Assembly (NCBI GenBank): GCA_964016885.1
Contig: OZ024742.1
Coordinates: 267,220,001 to 267,284,000, forward strand
Source: Eledone cirrhosa
Taxonomy: Eukaryota
Reading direction: 5' to 3'
Length of the DNA stretch: 64,000 bases
The notes under the pieces: generated by a model
What the model was told of the DNA's origin: nothing
What the model saw: only the letters and a program-made list of their open reading frames with translations
The model's database searches: none
Part shown: positions 26,669 to 39,839 of the stretch, in pieces
Position numbering within the stretch: position 1 is the first letter of the stretch
Layout of the letters: each line of letters opens with the position of its first letter
Program-made: the position numbers and the translations under genes

Positions 26669-27276
26669 GTCGGGTCACCACTTGGTGCTACTGGTAACAT
26701 GTATCCCAGTACAACCTGTCTCATGGTCGGGTCGTTGGCGACTAAACTGGCAACCCCACCAAGGTTTCTTGGTGAGGAGGGTGACTTTGGACATCCTGCA
26801 GGACTAAAAACAAAACCTGTCAAAGGGCAAAGGAGCTCTTAAGAGTCAATGGCCATCCAAAATCACTGGGAGAGATGACCCCTTAGCCTTTGTCAAGGCA
26901 GAATTCTAGGAGAAGGAAAACTCTGATATAACACCTGCAACCCTGATGGTATCCAATGATGTTGACTTGTTCTTCTTTTTGGTAAATATCATCTTGGTTA
27001 AGAGAGTGGGACTGGCTTTGTGCAGTGCCTTTGCTCACTATAAAAGCTTCACGGCACAGGCATTGCTTTATATCTGGAGATCTCTCTGCACTTGTCATCA
27101 CATGGTACCATGGGCCCAGCACTATGTGTCAATAATTGTCACAAGTGTAGTGTTTGTACCAGAGTTTTCAAGTCGCTGGCTGGACTAAAATGTCACACTC
27201 GTTCAGCGCATTGGTAGGGGTTCTCCTACATGGATATAAAGTAGTGGCCGTACTCGAAAACGAGTTGGCAGCCACC
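26669..27276 (+). mobile_element. RTE-type non-autonomous element, full unit 4
   Basis: Near-identical to units 1 and 3; (TATG)n on both sides. Confidence 0.75.
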
Positions 27277-27291
27277 ATGTATGTATGTATG

Positions 27292-27323
<32 letters not shown>

Positions 27324-27454
27324 GGAAGTGCTCAAACGCAGAAACTCTATAAACATAGCTTATAAAATAAGGGGAAGACCCTTAAATGACAGAAAATGAA
27401 TTATCAATGACCGCCATGAGAAATTGAACCCAATATCTTGCCAACCATATGTCC

Positions 27455-29570
27455 TCTATAGAACTTGTGTTATGGGCCTGAAGTTATCTAACGTCCGTCT
27501 TTTCAACTTTCCTTATCAGCGTCACTACGCCCCGGCTCAGAGAACCGGGAATACTGCGGTTCTGCTCCCAGTTGCAATAGAGCGCTTCGATGTGATCAGA
27601 GAACAAGTCTGGCATATCTACATAAACCTCGTAGTGCAGACCTTCCAAACTGCGTTATTGCACTTCGTGCACTCGGAATCTCGGCAAAAGTTATCGGCTT
27701 TTCGCAGCGCTCATCATCTTCGGGTGTAAGACGCGGTAGGATGCTGAGATAGGGCCTGAAATCGGCCACAGTCTCTGACCTGAGACTCCCCACGAACAGC
27801 CGAGCAATATGCTGGCGAAAGTCCCCACAAATCTGCCTGGAATCGTTCACTTTAGATTCGTTTCGGTTTATCAAAGATCGAATTGTGGTTTAGTTACCAC
27901 GCTGCACCTCTTCCACGCGGGCCCATCGAACAGCTCTTGATCCCTCGTTTCTCATAGCACGCACCTTAGATCGTGCTACTATAGGACGAAATGGTCTAAT
28001 TCCATTCTCGCCGCTAGAAGGTAATTTGCAATGCCACTTCTAATCGCCTCGTCTAATTTAGTCACCAGCTCCCTCTTTTCTATTTTTCTCTAATCCTACC
28101 TCTTTGCCTAACCCTATCAAAATTACTCTAATCTCTCTACTGAGAGCCCCACACCACCCGTTGTTCACGACATTCCCTGTCAAATTTTGTTTAACTAAAT
28201 TGTTGACCAGGTCCCTGTAAGCCTTACGTACTGGAAAAGACATGTTCAGCTTCCACTAACCAGGTCCTAACCTTCGTGTCATATTTAGGTTGACCATACA
28301 GTTCACAAACTTGTGATCTAAATAGGCGACCGTTTGAAAGTGTGGACAGCATATATATACTTATCTATTGACCTAATAAAAATCTATCTATATACGAACT
28401 AGATTACACTATGTGGTTTGTCCAGGTCCACACTGGTGCATTAGGGAAATCTAGTTGGTACCTGTCACACAGTTTGAATTGGCTGAGCTTGTAGGCGAGG
28501 CTTTTGCACCACTAGCTCCTATCAGCTATTCTCACACAATCTCGGCGTGCATCTAAGATGCCGTCCCGATCCCTAGCTAACAGTAAAGGCGTCCAGGAGC
28601 CCAAAGAAGTCCGGCTCTCCGCCTCTGTTTAGGGCGTAGACGGCCACCAGTTTAAAGGCACCAACTTCGCTATTGTTCACGTCTAGGACTAATAACTTAC
28701 CATCCGGGTTTAGGAAGATCGACCTTACCTCGAGATCCAGGTCGTTCGTAAATAGCACTTACACCACACCTCCCATCTTCGGCCGACAAAGAGATGCGAA
28801 GATTTGATAATAGTCGAAACTGGTGGCTTGTGCGCGTGTGTCGGAAATCCTAGCCTTGCTGATGTGAATTACATTCATATCTAGTGACCTGAGGTCGTTC
28901 AGCAGGTGAACTTGCTTCCAGGACGACCCCAGGTCACAAGCATTGAAACATCCTATTCTTATGATGGCCATGTTGGCAGGCTAAAACAGGTAGAGGAAAG
29001 GTATACTTACCTCCCAGGTGCATGTGGAGGTCAGGTGGCTCGACCTCCATTTTTGGTGGAGTTTCTTTTGGGAAGCCCGTAAGCAATTTGCTTGTTTCTC
29101 TTATATTCGGGGTTCCCATGTCACGAGGATACCTCTCCCTAATCCCTTTGTAGGTATCGAGAAACATTCGTACCGGAAACAAATATTCTGGCACGTGAAT
29201 TGAGGTCGTTCCAAAGATCTTCCCATCTTTTTCGATATCTTGTCTTCGTATTATAAGGGCCATACATTGCCTGTTGGTCCTACTTACAACCACGAAATTT
29301 TGTGCGCTTCATTGTTGTTGTGGTTTTACTTGTTTGCGTTTGGGTGATTGTGGTTGTGATGGTGTTGTTGATGTTTTGAATGTGTCTGTGTTCGTTGTGG
29401 GTGTGGTGTTTGCGATTACAGTTGTTTGTGCATTATTTTGTTCTTGTGTTTATAGGTGCTTATTTGCGTTTGAAGGATTGTTGTGATGGTGTCTGCATTT
29501 TCTGTCGTGGGTGTTTTTGTGATGTGTGGAGATTTTGGGGGTATGAGCAGTGTAGTTTTTGCAGATGTTT
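27455..29570 (-). mobile_element. Decayed Tx1-clade LINE: ORF1 3' half + ORF2 APE endonuclease to start of RT
   Basis: MAIIRIGCFNACDLGSSWKQVHLLNDLRS (28971) is homologous to the ORF2 start at 60740; also FKLVAVYA, RSYID, DHK, PYLSILPRL and NFRPIT. Many stops. Confidence 0.85.
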
Positions 29571-29573
29571 TTT

Positions 29574-30070
29574 CTATTGTATTGATAGTACTTTTCGTAA
29601 TATGTGTGTAGTACCTTGTAGCGATATTTTTTGTACGCTGTATATATTTGTAAGTTCTTGTGTTTTGGTTATGTATTTTTCTGTGTTTTCTTTTTTGTCA
29701 TTCCGAGAGCACCTACTATTATAGGTATTGTTTCTCTTTTCATTTTCCACATTCCTGTTATTTCTATCTTTAGATCTTTATATTTGTAGAGTTTCTCTAT
29801 TTCCTTGGAAGATATATTGTCGTCTGTGGGGATATATACATCTATTAAAAGCCATTTTTTTTGTGGTTTTTTACTATAATATCTGACCGGTTGGATTTGA
29901 TCTCTCTGTCTGTATGTATTGGCATATCCCAGAGAATGGTTGCTTTGTCATTCTCTGCCACTTATTCTGGTGTGTGTTTGTACCATCTTTTTCTGTGGGA
30001 TTTCATAATGCTGACATAATTTCCAGTATATAAAGGTCCCAGCTCATCATACCTGTGGATATATTCTTTT
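29574..30070 (-). mobile_element. R4/Dong-clade RLE retrotransposon C-terminal fragment (second lineage)
   Basis: Minus strand: WYKHTPE*VAENDKATILWDMPIHTDREIKSNRSDIIV...LLIDVYIPTDDNISSKEIEKLYKYKDL...IPIIVGALG...LQGTTHILRKVL. Confidence 0.8.
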
Positions 30071-30244
30071 ATGGCTTTCAGTATTTCAGTTTACAGGAAA
30101 ATTCGTATTTTCTTATTTGTTTAAACGTCTACATATTGTAAATGTGTATATTTATTGAGACATTGTTGCCAATATTTATACAGATACAACTTCACCAATC
30201 ACTTCTGCTAGCGCTCTTCTAAATCACTCTTTCTATACATACAT

Positions 30245-31229
<985 letters not shown>

Positions 31230-31413
31230 TATATAATATATTGCAGAAGCAGAAATTAACCATGTGGATATATATAAATGTGCATATACTCATATACACG
31301 GAGTTAACTGAAGATAATTTAAAATTGCCCATCAATGATATATTTAACCTGAATATGTTTGTGGTCGTTGTTAGAAATATAGAATGGGTATCATTTAAGA
31401 ATAATAAAAAAGT

Positions 31414-31465
<52 letters not shown>

Positions 31466-32761
31466 AGAGGAAATACAACAAATTCAGTTGATAGAATTGC
31501 GTTCTTAAAACATTAAATACTTTAAAGTTAAGTATCAGTGATTGTTGTCTATTTTTAGAAACCTCATTGCCTTTCATTAACTCTTGGTATCGTATTGATG
31601 CTTCTGAGGATATTAAAAAATCACTTATACTTAACTATGGTCAATACATTTATGTTTCTTTATTTTATTTTATTATATTGTCCTGACATTCGTATTATTT
31701 GAATGATATATTGAAACAATTGTAAAGTATTAAATGATATAATAACTCTATTCTATCATCTGAATGTGTTATATATAAATATACATACATACACACACAC
31801 ACGCAGACACACACACACACACGCATATATATATATACAAATATAGATATTTATATATTCTTATTCTCGTAAATATTTATATTTGTGTCTGTGTGTCTGT
31901 CGCCTATGTATTTGTGTGTGAGTATGAGCTTGTTCAATTGTATATTGGGATGAGAAATTCATTGTGTATTCTATGTATTTATATGCATATATGTGTTTGT
32001 GTAAGGTTTCAAATTAGATAAAGGCAAATTACGTACGACATAAAATCTATTACGCTATATACATATTCTTGAATTTTCCATCTTGCTAATTGCTTTCAAT
32101 CAATTGTTTAACCTCGTGTCATTAGAAGAAAGTTGATTTTACTGTTTAGAGATTCAAATGCTGCAGGCAATATGTCAGCATTTCTATTAACCAATGTCTC
32201 ACCTTGTTTGCCTCATTTCATTTCAATTAGATCTTTACTTCTATAGATCAATTTAGTCATTATGGCTACCAACACTTACCAAGCACTGGGCCACAAACAT
32301 ACTACATCCTTTTTCCAGGGCATTTTATACTGCCTCTAGGGTATCCAATTCGCAGAGGAGACGGCTGGTCTCATCTCACCTTCACTACTCTCAATTACCA
32401 AGGATATTGCTTCAAAAACTAAACACCTATGCCTTCCTCCCTAGAATGTGAGCCTATTTTATTCCTGAAGTCATTTAATGTGCGGCTCTTCATAGAGAGT
32501 ATCATATATTTTGGAGCACACTGGCAAACCCTTGACAAATATTTTAACCCCAGTCAATACAAGGCTAAGGACACCTTTCAACATTTTATTTGGCTTGTTT
32601 AGATATCACATGTTCCCATCTCCCATCTATGCATGTTTGTTTGTATGTATGCATGTATGCATAAATGTGTGTATATACGTATCTCTATATGTATATATAC
32701 ATCCATATATATACAAAGTGTTAAAAGGATCAAATTTTAGTTTAGATCATTTTGATAAATG

Positions 32762-32991
32762 TTCTAGACTAAAATTTGATCGTTTTACCACTTTGTATCT
32801 CGGCTATGTAACACACTTGAAAATTTGCATTGAGCATTTTGTCATACCGATAACTGGCTAGTACTAAGTACTACTAAGGTAGTACTAAGTACTAGCCAGT
32901 TATCGGTATGACAAAATGCTCAATGCAAATTTTCAAGTGTGTTACATAGCCGAGATACAAAGTGGTAAAACGATCAAATTTTAGTCTAGAA
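32762..32991. repeat. Near-perfect palindrome, 104-bp perfect arms plus inner stem and 4-nt loop
   Basis: 32762-32865 is the reverse complement of 32888-32991; the centre is a-agtactac-taag-gtagtact-a. Confidence 0.95.
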
Positions 32992-33075
32992 ATACAAAGA
33001 CATACCCATGAAAATCATACCTTATCATACCTTATGATTTTGGTGGGTATGTCTCTATTTATAAAACAAACTTTG

Positions 33076-33139
33076 TATTTTATCTGATGAAAGCGTACCA
33101 ATGTTCTCTTTGTACCCTTGAAATATGTATAATAAAATA
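33076..33139 (+). ncRNA. Type I hammerhead ribozyme, intact core
   Basis: tattttat-CTGATGA-aagcgtac(13-nt loop)gtaccctt-GAAA-t(atgt)a-TA-ataaaata: 8-bp stem I, stem II with one mismatch, minimal helix III, predicted cleavage after 33131. Confidence 0.75.
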
Positions 33140-33145
33140 AATATG

Positions 33146-33181
33146 GTTTTATAAATATAGTATCCATTTATTTAATATCAT

Positions 33182-33220
<39 letters not shown>

Positions 33221-33253
33221 ATATTAAATAAATGGATACTATATTTATAAAAC
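33146..33253. repeat. Palindrome centred on (TA)n
   Basis: gttttataaatatagtatccatttatttaatatcattgt...(TA)n...acaatgatattaaataaatggatactatatttataaaac. Confidence 0.95.
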
Positions 33254-33265
33254 TAATCTGTATTG

Positions 33266-33331
33266 TATTTTATCTGATAAAAGCGCACCATAATTTGCCT
33301 TGGTGCCCCTTGAGATATGTATAATAAAATA
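33266..33331 (+). ncRNA. Second tandem hammerhead copy with mutated core
   Basis: Same stems I and III; core reads CTGATAA and GAGA; stem II is gcacca/tggtgc. Confidence 0.55.
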
Positions 33332-33462
33332 AATATGGTTTTATAAATATAGTTTCCATTTATTAATATATTGTATATTTACTCCACTAAATTGTTGAGT
33401 GCTTTATATCAGTTATAAACATTTTTAAGCTTGTTGAATCCCAACAAATTAAATATAACCTC

Positions 33463-33508
<46 letters not shown>

Positions 33509-33509
33509 T

Positions 33510-34075
33510 AAAAAACCCCAAAAAAACAAAATAACAAAGAGTGCAGTACGAAGAGTGTTGGTATTAGGTGCACACTTGAGAGTGGTGGCTGGGGGACGAC
33601 GTTTCGGGCATAAGCCCCTTATCAGGAGAAAGGTGGGAAGGAAAATAATTCCGAGGGTGTGAAGGGGAGTGGGGGAAAGACATTAAAAAGGGGGGAAAAT
33701 TTAAAGGAAGGAAAAAAAACTAAAATGAGAGAAAAAAAATTAAAATAAAAACATGTGGTGAAAGGGTGTGAGGCGTGTGGAGGTGGCGGTTCGCTGGAGG
33801 GAGAAGAGGGTAGAAGGTAACAGGGGGTCCGAGTGGGGAGGGTGGAAGGTGATGTGTGTGTATATGTGTAGGTGTACGTGTGTGTGTGTATGTGTGGATG
33901 TGAGTGTGAGCGTTTGGGGAAGAACGAGGTTCCATGCTTGGGTAGTAGGAAAACCAGTGTGTACATGGGGTGGGGTGTAATCAGTGTGTGTGTGCGTGTG
34001 GATGGAGAGAGGTCGGAGGGGGTGGGGGAGAGGGGCAGGCGGAGTCCGGAGGCAGAGTAGGTGTATGTCAGGATA

Positions 34076-34106
<31 letters not shown>

Positions 34107-34490
34107 TTGTGTGGTGTGGATATGTGGGAATGTATGGTTGCGTGTGTGCGAAAATTGTGTAAGTGTTTGTGTGTGTGTGTGTTCCTGAATGTTTTCCCGG
34201 TGAGTGTGTGCTCGGATGGTGAAAAAACCGGATGTTATCCTGTTGCGAGGCACGCCCAACAGGAAGTGTTCAAGAAGGTCAAGGTATGGGGTGGATAAGG
34301 GAGGGCGACGGATGCGAGAGAGAGAGAGAGGAGATAGCAGTCAAGTGGGTAAGTGACAGACAGGCGAGAGGTAGTTGGTATGTGTGGCCTGTATGTGTGT
34401 GTGGAATGTGTGTATGTTTGTGCGGAGGTGTGTTTGACAGGAGAGGAGGTGGATTAGTGTGAAAAATTGAGGGAGAGGGAGGCGGTGTGT
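33510..34490 (-). mobile_element. Probable Penelope-like terminal region with hammerhead-like motif (33591-33632)
   Basis: Reverse complement reads CTGATAAg-gggc(ttat)gccc-GAAAC-GTC after a pyrimidine/CA-rich tract similar in style to the PLE at 15-17 kb, ending at (TA)n. Confidence 0.5.
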
Positions 34491-34509
34491 GTAGGGGGAT
34501 ATATATGAA

Positions 34510-34645
34510 GTTATATCTGCATAAACACAGCGTGTGTAACTGGGACTGCACCAACGTGAATAAATATATACACATATCCAATTTGTAGGCATATAAACAT
34601 GCCAGAAAATATGAATTTCTCACTTATTTGAAAAAATGATAACCA
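34510..34645 (+). repeat. Unclassified interspersed repeat (also ~34840-34920 and ~45712-45846)
   Basis: Shared ttatatctgcata..gtgtaac.gggactgca..gtgtataaatat..acacat..acatgccagaaa..gaaaaaatgataa. Confidence 0.6.
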
Positions 34646-34924
34646 TCTTTAATCCAATTTCGGATTTTATTGAACCCGTAACCACAAGGAAACATTTATT
34701 TGATGGGTGTATATTCCCAATCGCTCTTAGTATTATTCCGAATTGGACATAGTAAGTTGCATATAATTAGCGACCGTATTGATAATTAATTAAGATCTAT
34801 AGTAAGAGGGGCGCTAGCAGCCGAAGTTTATGATACAATTTTATCTGTATAAATAGAGGGTGTAACAGAAACTGCACCAACGTGTATAAATATTTACACA
34901 TATCTAATTTGTATTTATACACTA

Positions 34925-35976
34925 AGGTCCAGTCCCACACAAATCCTTGCGTTTGCTATGGACCTCTTCTGGATCTCCCCTCGGGTAAAGAAACTGATTT
35001 TCAATTATTACACCTTCTATATGCACTTTACCACCAAGAACTTTACAGTTCAAGTTGGAAGTGGGGATTGCAGATTGCGCACTCTATCAGTCATAAAGTT
35101 CGAATTGGAATCGAAGTCATCCTGTGCGGTACAACCTTTCATGGCTGTTAAAGGAAGATACCTTCCTCAAATAAATCTCTCATGGACGATGTAGCATCAT
35201 TGGCAAACTCCTGCGTAGACAGCCTGAGCTAATACGTTGGACAAGGATGTATTTCAAAGCAAAGAAACCCCGCTGAGAAACAATTGTCAAAGGAAGGAAA
35301 AAAATAGGTGAATATGAGTTTTCATTGCAGGGAAGTCTGTAGGGATTCCAAGGAGGTTGTACTATGAGTCACTCAATGACAGAAATGAAAGTCTTAAAAC
35401 TCAGAAGATGGCAGAGCATGAACTTTCAGTGATAGGTAAACCAATACTGCCAAGTAAATTCAGGTGCAGGTGCATGCAATCTTTACTCTACTCCAGACTG
35501 CAGTGGCAAAGATGTAGGATGTAGCCCTTAATCATTTCTAGACCATTGAGCGAAAATGCAATCCCATTAATAGTCGAAGAGTGCAAGTGGAGTAAAATGC
35601 GGTCCGCCGACTCGCTCTGATGTCGTGGTGGACGACGCATTGCACCCTGTCATCGAGTTCTTCTCACTCGTGAGTTTCTCACCCAAAACATTATATTGCA
35701 TCCGCACTCACCCTATTCGCCAGATTTAGCGCTTACATCATCCCCCAAGCTGAAAATACAGCTCAAAGCTCACTGTTTGAATACCGTTGCCGAGATCCAG
35801 AATGAATCAAAGAAGGTCCTCGACTAGTTTACAGAAAACGACTTCCAGGCCGGAAAGTGACTGGTGTTTTGCTGCACAAGGTGACTATTTCGAAGGAGAC
35901 GATGTTAAAACTTAGGTAAATATATATTAGTTTCTTTAAAACATAACTAGTCCGGGATCTTTGTTACAACCTCGTA
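34925..35976 (+). mobile_element. Decayed mariner transposon
   Basis: HSPYSPDLA at ~35705-35730 and AAQGDYFEGD C-terminus (~35870-35900), ending in a TIR-like ...acaacctcgTA. The 5' boundary is uncertain. Confidence 0.75.
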
Positions 35977-37189
35977 CATCTTGCATTCGGAGACGGAGTA
36001 CAGCAGCACACATCAGCACAGATCTGTCCTTACCTAGCATCGCCAAATAAGCACTGCAGTTACTCCACAAATGTCTATTCCTCTACAGATACTTGTAAGT
36101 ACTGATTGACACGTTTTAACACAAAGTTAGAATATAATACAATGCGTAGCTACTTCAATTGAATGACAAACTCTATTCATTGTAGTCGAATTTTGATGTT
36201 GGATATATTTACATACTTTATACAGTCACCTAAATATCGTGTAACTGTTCAGTAAGTCTTCTAGAACGGGTGACATACTTTTTTAAGAGAAAAATATTTT
36301 AGCTAATGTATTCAGACGTTCATCGTTCGATGAAAGGAAGTGAAACTTTTGTCGATACCTATATCTTAAATATCTTCGGTAAAATGGATCCTCGATCAGT
36401 ACCAACCCGAGGATAAAAGATTACAACTTACTGTTTGAGTTGTTGCGTAAAACTTGCTTTGTTATTAAATCCTAAATTAGCGTTTATCACTCAGGAATTA
36501 TGCTCAAATGCTTTGCAGATGGCATCGCAATGTCTATTTTATTTATAGTCTCAATATGCGTTGGAGAACATAATACACAGATGCACTGTGCTATTTTATA
36601 AGAATAGACTGAGATACGCAAAGATTGAAAGACATTATTTGCCATTTCTCGCAAGGTGAATGACCATGCAGACGTCCCACGTTATCAAGAGAAAAGTTTT
36701 TATATTAAATTTTTATAAAGCTAACCTCCTACATTTCAATCGTATATCCATACAATTATTGTTCGAAATATTTTCTATTGGTGGTACATTATTATACCTC
36801 AATTGCATTTCTACACTAACAATTATTGTTCTGAATATATCCATATAGTGTATCTAATGGCTGTTTGTCTATTTTCGTATACTTTTATATACATCACAGA
36901 GTCATGTAACAATCAATGACAGTCTTTAATATAATATTTTTTATCTTATTTTTATTTCATTCCAAACGAAAGAAAAATATATTATTCCCAAAATAAATTT
37001 TTCTTTTGTAACTGCTGTAGTTTTGTGAGTCAGACTGGTATGGTGAGAGGGCATTTTGTACGAGTTTAAATGAAGTGGGAGGTGTACGTCTAACCATTAT
37101 AAATTACAAGTATCTTTCGCGTGACTATATTAATTTACTTTATACGTTTATATTGTACATATATACACGCATACGCCTGCGATACTCGC

Positions 37190-37275
37190 TCTCTCTATCT
37201 GTCCCTGTCTGTCTGTCTGTCTGTCTGTCTCTCTTTCTGTCTCCCCGTCTCTCTCTCTCTCATATATATATATAT

Positions 37276-37368
<93 letters not shown>
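37190..37368. repeat. Compound (CTGT)/(CT)/(TA)/(CA)/(GA) microsatellite
   Basis: Seen directly. Confidence 0.95.
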
Positions 37369-37371
<3 letters not shown>

Positions 37372-38081
37372 TGGAAGAGGCAAATTGAAGCAGAATCTTC
37401 TACGCCACTGTCGCATTTTCTTCCTAATGTTATTTTGCTTTATTTGTTCCATGTTTATTCTACTAATTTTTGCCTGTATTTATGTATAACTATACACATA
37501 ATGTATAGCAACAATATCAGGATACAGACACGTCTTTATAACCCGCAAATGGTGTAATCTACATCATTCACAAATACCATTTGTGCGTTATAAAAACGTT
37601 TCTGTGTCCTGAAAATATTGCTATCCACTGGTCTTTCAGCTCTTATTGACAAACAGATCTCGAACAGCTTCTGCCCGTCATAACAAAGGAAATCAATGTG
37701 TTTCTTTATTAATACCACTCTTTGCGATTTGCTTCCATGGGTCCGACTAGTATATAATCATTGCTTTAGTATATGCACAATGTGTATAGAAGATAAATCC
37801 GTTTTGCAATTATCTTGAGATACTAACTTCACATGAGATATGATGAAAATGATATGTACCGTTAAAACCAATGATGACCAAAACAAAAAATCAAAAGAAT
37901 GTTACTGAAAATTAAAAAGAAATTGATGTTGTTGAATGGGAGAACAAAATATCCTTTCTCTGTTGTGGTACTCATTTGCCTGCTTAACACACAAGCTACA
38001 AAACAAAACACACGAGAAAGATACATACTGGCCACTGAGGAGTATTCCAAATACATTTTGGACTGTTTAGCCTTTTAGAGA

Positions 38082-38527
38082 AGGGCAGTGGTTTGGTAAT
38101 ATCGGGAAAGCATCGGCCAATATGATTTACGGAATGTAGTTAGGGTGTTTTACATTCTGAGTTCAAAACCACCGAGCTTAGATTTGCTTTTCATCATTAT
38201 GGGATCGATAAAATAAAGTAACAGTAACGTTTATGTTCGATTTAATGGACGTTGTTCTCCCTTCAAATTGCTGGTCTTGTACCAAAGGTAAAAAAAAAAA
38301 ATATTAGACCAGAGAGGAACGAGATGTATTATAAGTATCGGTAGAGCGTCGGACACTATACTTTGCGGCCCTTTACATACAGAGTTCAAATCCTACAACG
38401 ATTAGCTTGCTTTTCATCCTTAGGGAGTCGGTAAAACAAGGTAAACGTAACACACTGGGGGCGATATAATCGACAATCTCCTTCACTTCAAATTGCCGGA
38501 CTTGTGCCAAAATTAGAAACAATCATT
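38082..38527 (+). mobile_element. Two tandem diverged tRNA-derived SINE copies
   Basis: gagttcaaa B-box, ttgcttttcatc, g(a)tcg(a/g)taaaa, aaattgc(t/c)gg..ttgt(a/g)ccaaa in both units. Confidence 0.75.
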
Positions 38528-39599
38528 AGACAAGAGTATGTACTAGCACACCTGGGTAAAAGCAGGGCTTATCATGAATTCTCCTGGAAAACACCAAATA
38601 CAGATTCGGGGCGTGGACACAACAGTTATTTACAAGTTTCTGAAAACAATGAAAATGCACGATTAAATTCTTTCTGTAGAACGATAACCTAACGGAAAAG
38701 AATATTCGGTAGTACCCTCACTATTTCGTAGTTATGGTGAATGAGGTAAATATATATTAGAAAATGCTGCTGATCGAAAATATTTTTATCATTTAAAAAA
38801 ATATATATAAAAAATATACCGACCATCTTTGTCTACACGAACACCCCGAATACCCCTACACACATACACTCGCATACACATAAAAACCAACGGAATAGCA
38901 TTAAACTATATATATACTTATAGATATATATGAAGAGAGAGGGGGAGAGATTGTGTGTGTTTTGATAAAAAGAAAATAAACAGTCACCTTTGTCAAGTAC
39001 ACGATACCACAAATAAACTGTTGCTAAATATATATAACAAAATGAAACAAAATAATACTAACAATAAGTAAATAATAATAAAAAAAAAATAGTCGTCCAC
39101 TTAACCAATTATTCTACCTCGCCAGATAGTCATCCAAATATTAACTCTAAACAGAGAAGTCGTAATGGAAGCTATAAAAACACAAGATCAGATCTTACGT
39201 TGCTAATTAACTGATTACGTAAAATACATCACCTTGTGGTCAATAAAACATTGGAGATCGTTTTAAAACATCTATAAAACCACAATGAAATATACACAGT
39301 GGAACGTACATTCAAAAACATTGTAGGTAGTAATGTATTTCCCACCCTTTTGATCTGTTTATGTTTTTTTTATTAAGTTGTGCTATATTCTTGCTTTTCT
39401 GCTTTTTATATTAAAAATTCTTCTCATTTTTGTGTTAAAGCAGCAAGGTGGGGAAAACTATAGACATAATTCTTCCTCGTATTTCGCTACAACACATTTA
39501 ACTCCAATTTCTAATATCTAGAGTGAAGTGAAAGTCCAAATTGTGCCTAATGTTTTGACAGCGATCACAACGGCATTGAATTTCTAAATGCATTTAATC

Positions 39600-39678
39600 A
39601 CCACCGCCATCACCACCACCACTACTACTACTACTGCTGCTGCTGCTACTGCTGCTGCTGTTACTGCTACTACTACTA

Positions 39679-39715
<37 letters not shown>

Positions 39716-39797
39716 ATGCTTCTGCTGCTGTTACTGCAGGCTTCTGCTGCTGCTGCTGTTACTGCTGCTGCTGCTACTACTACTACTACTACTACTG

Positions 39798-39838
<41 letters not shown>
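39600..39838. repeat. Compound (CAC)/(CTA)/(CTG) trinucleotide repeat
   Basis: Seen directly. Confidence 0.95.
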
Positions 39839-39839
<1 letters not shown>

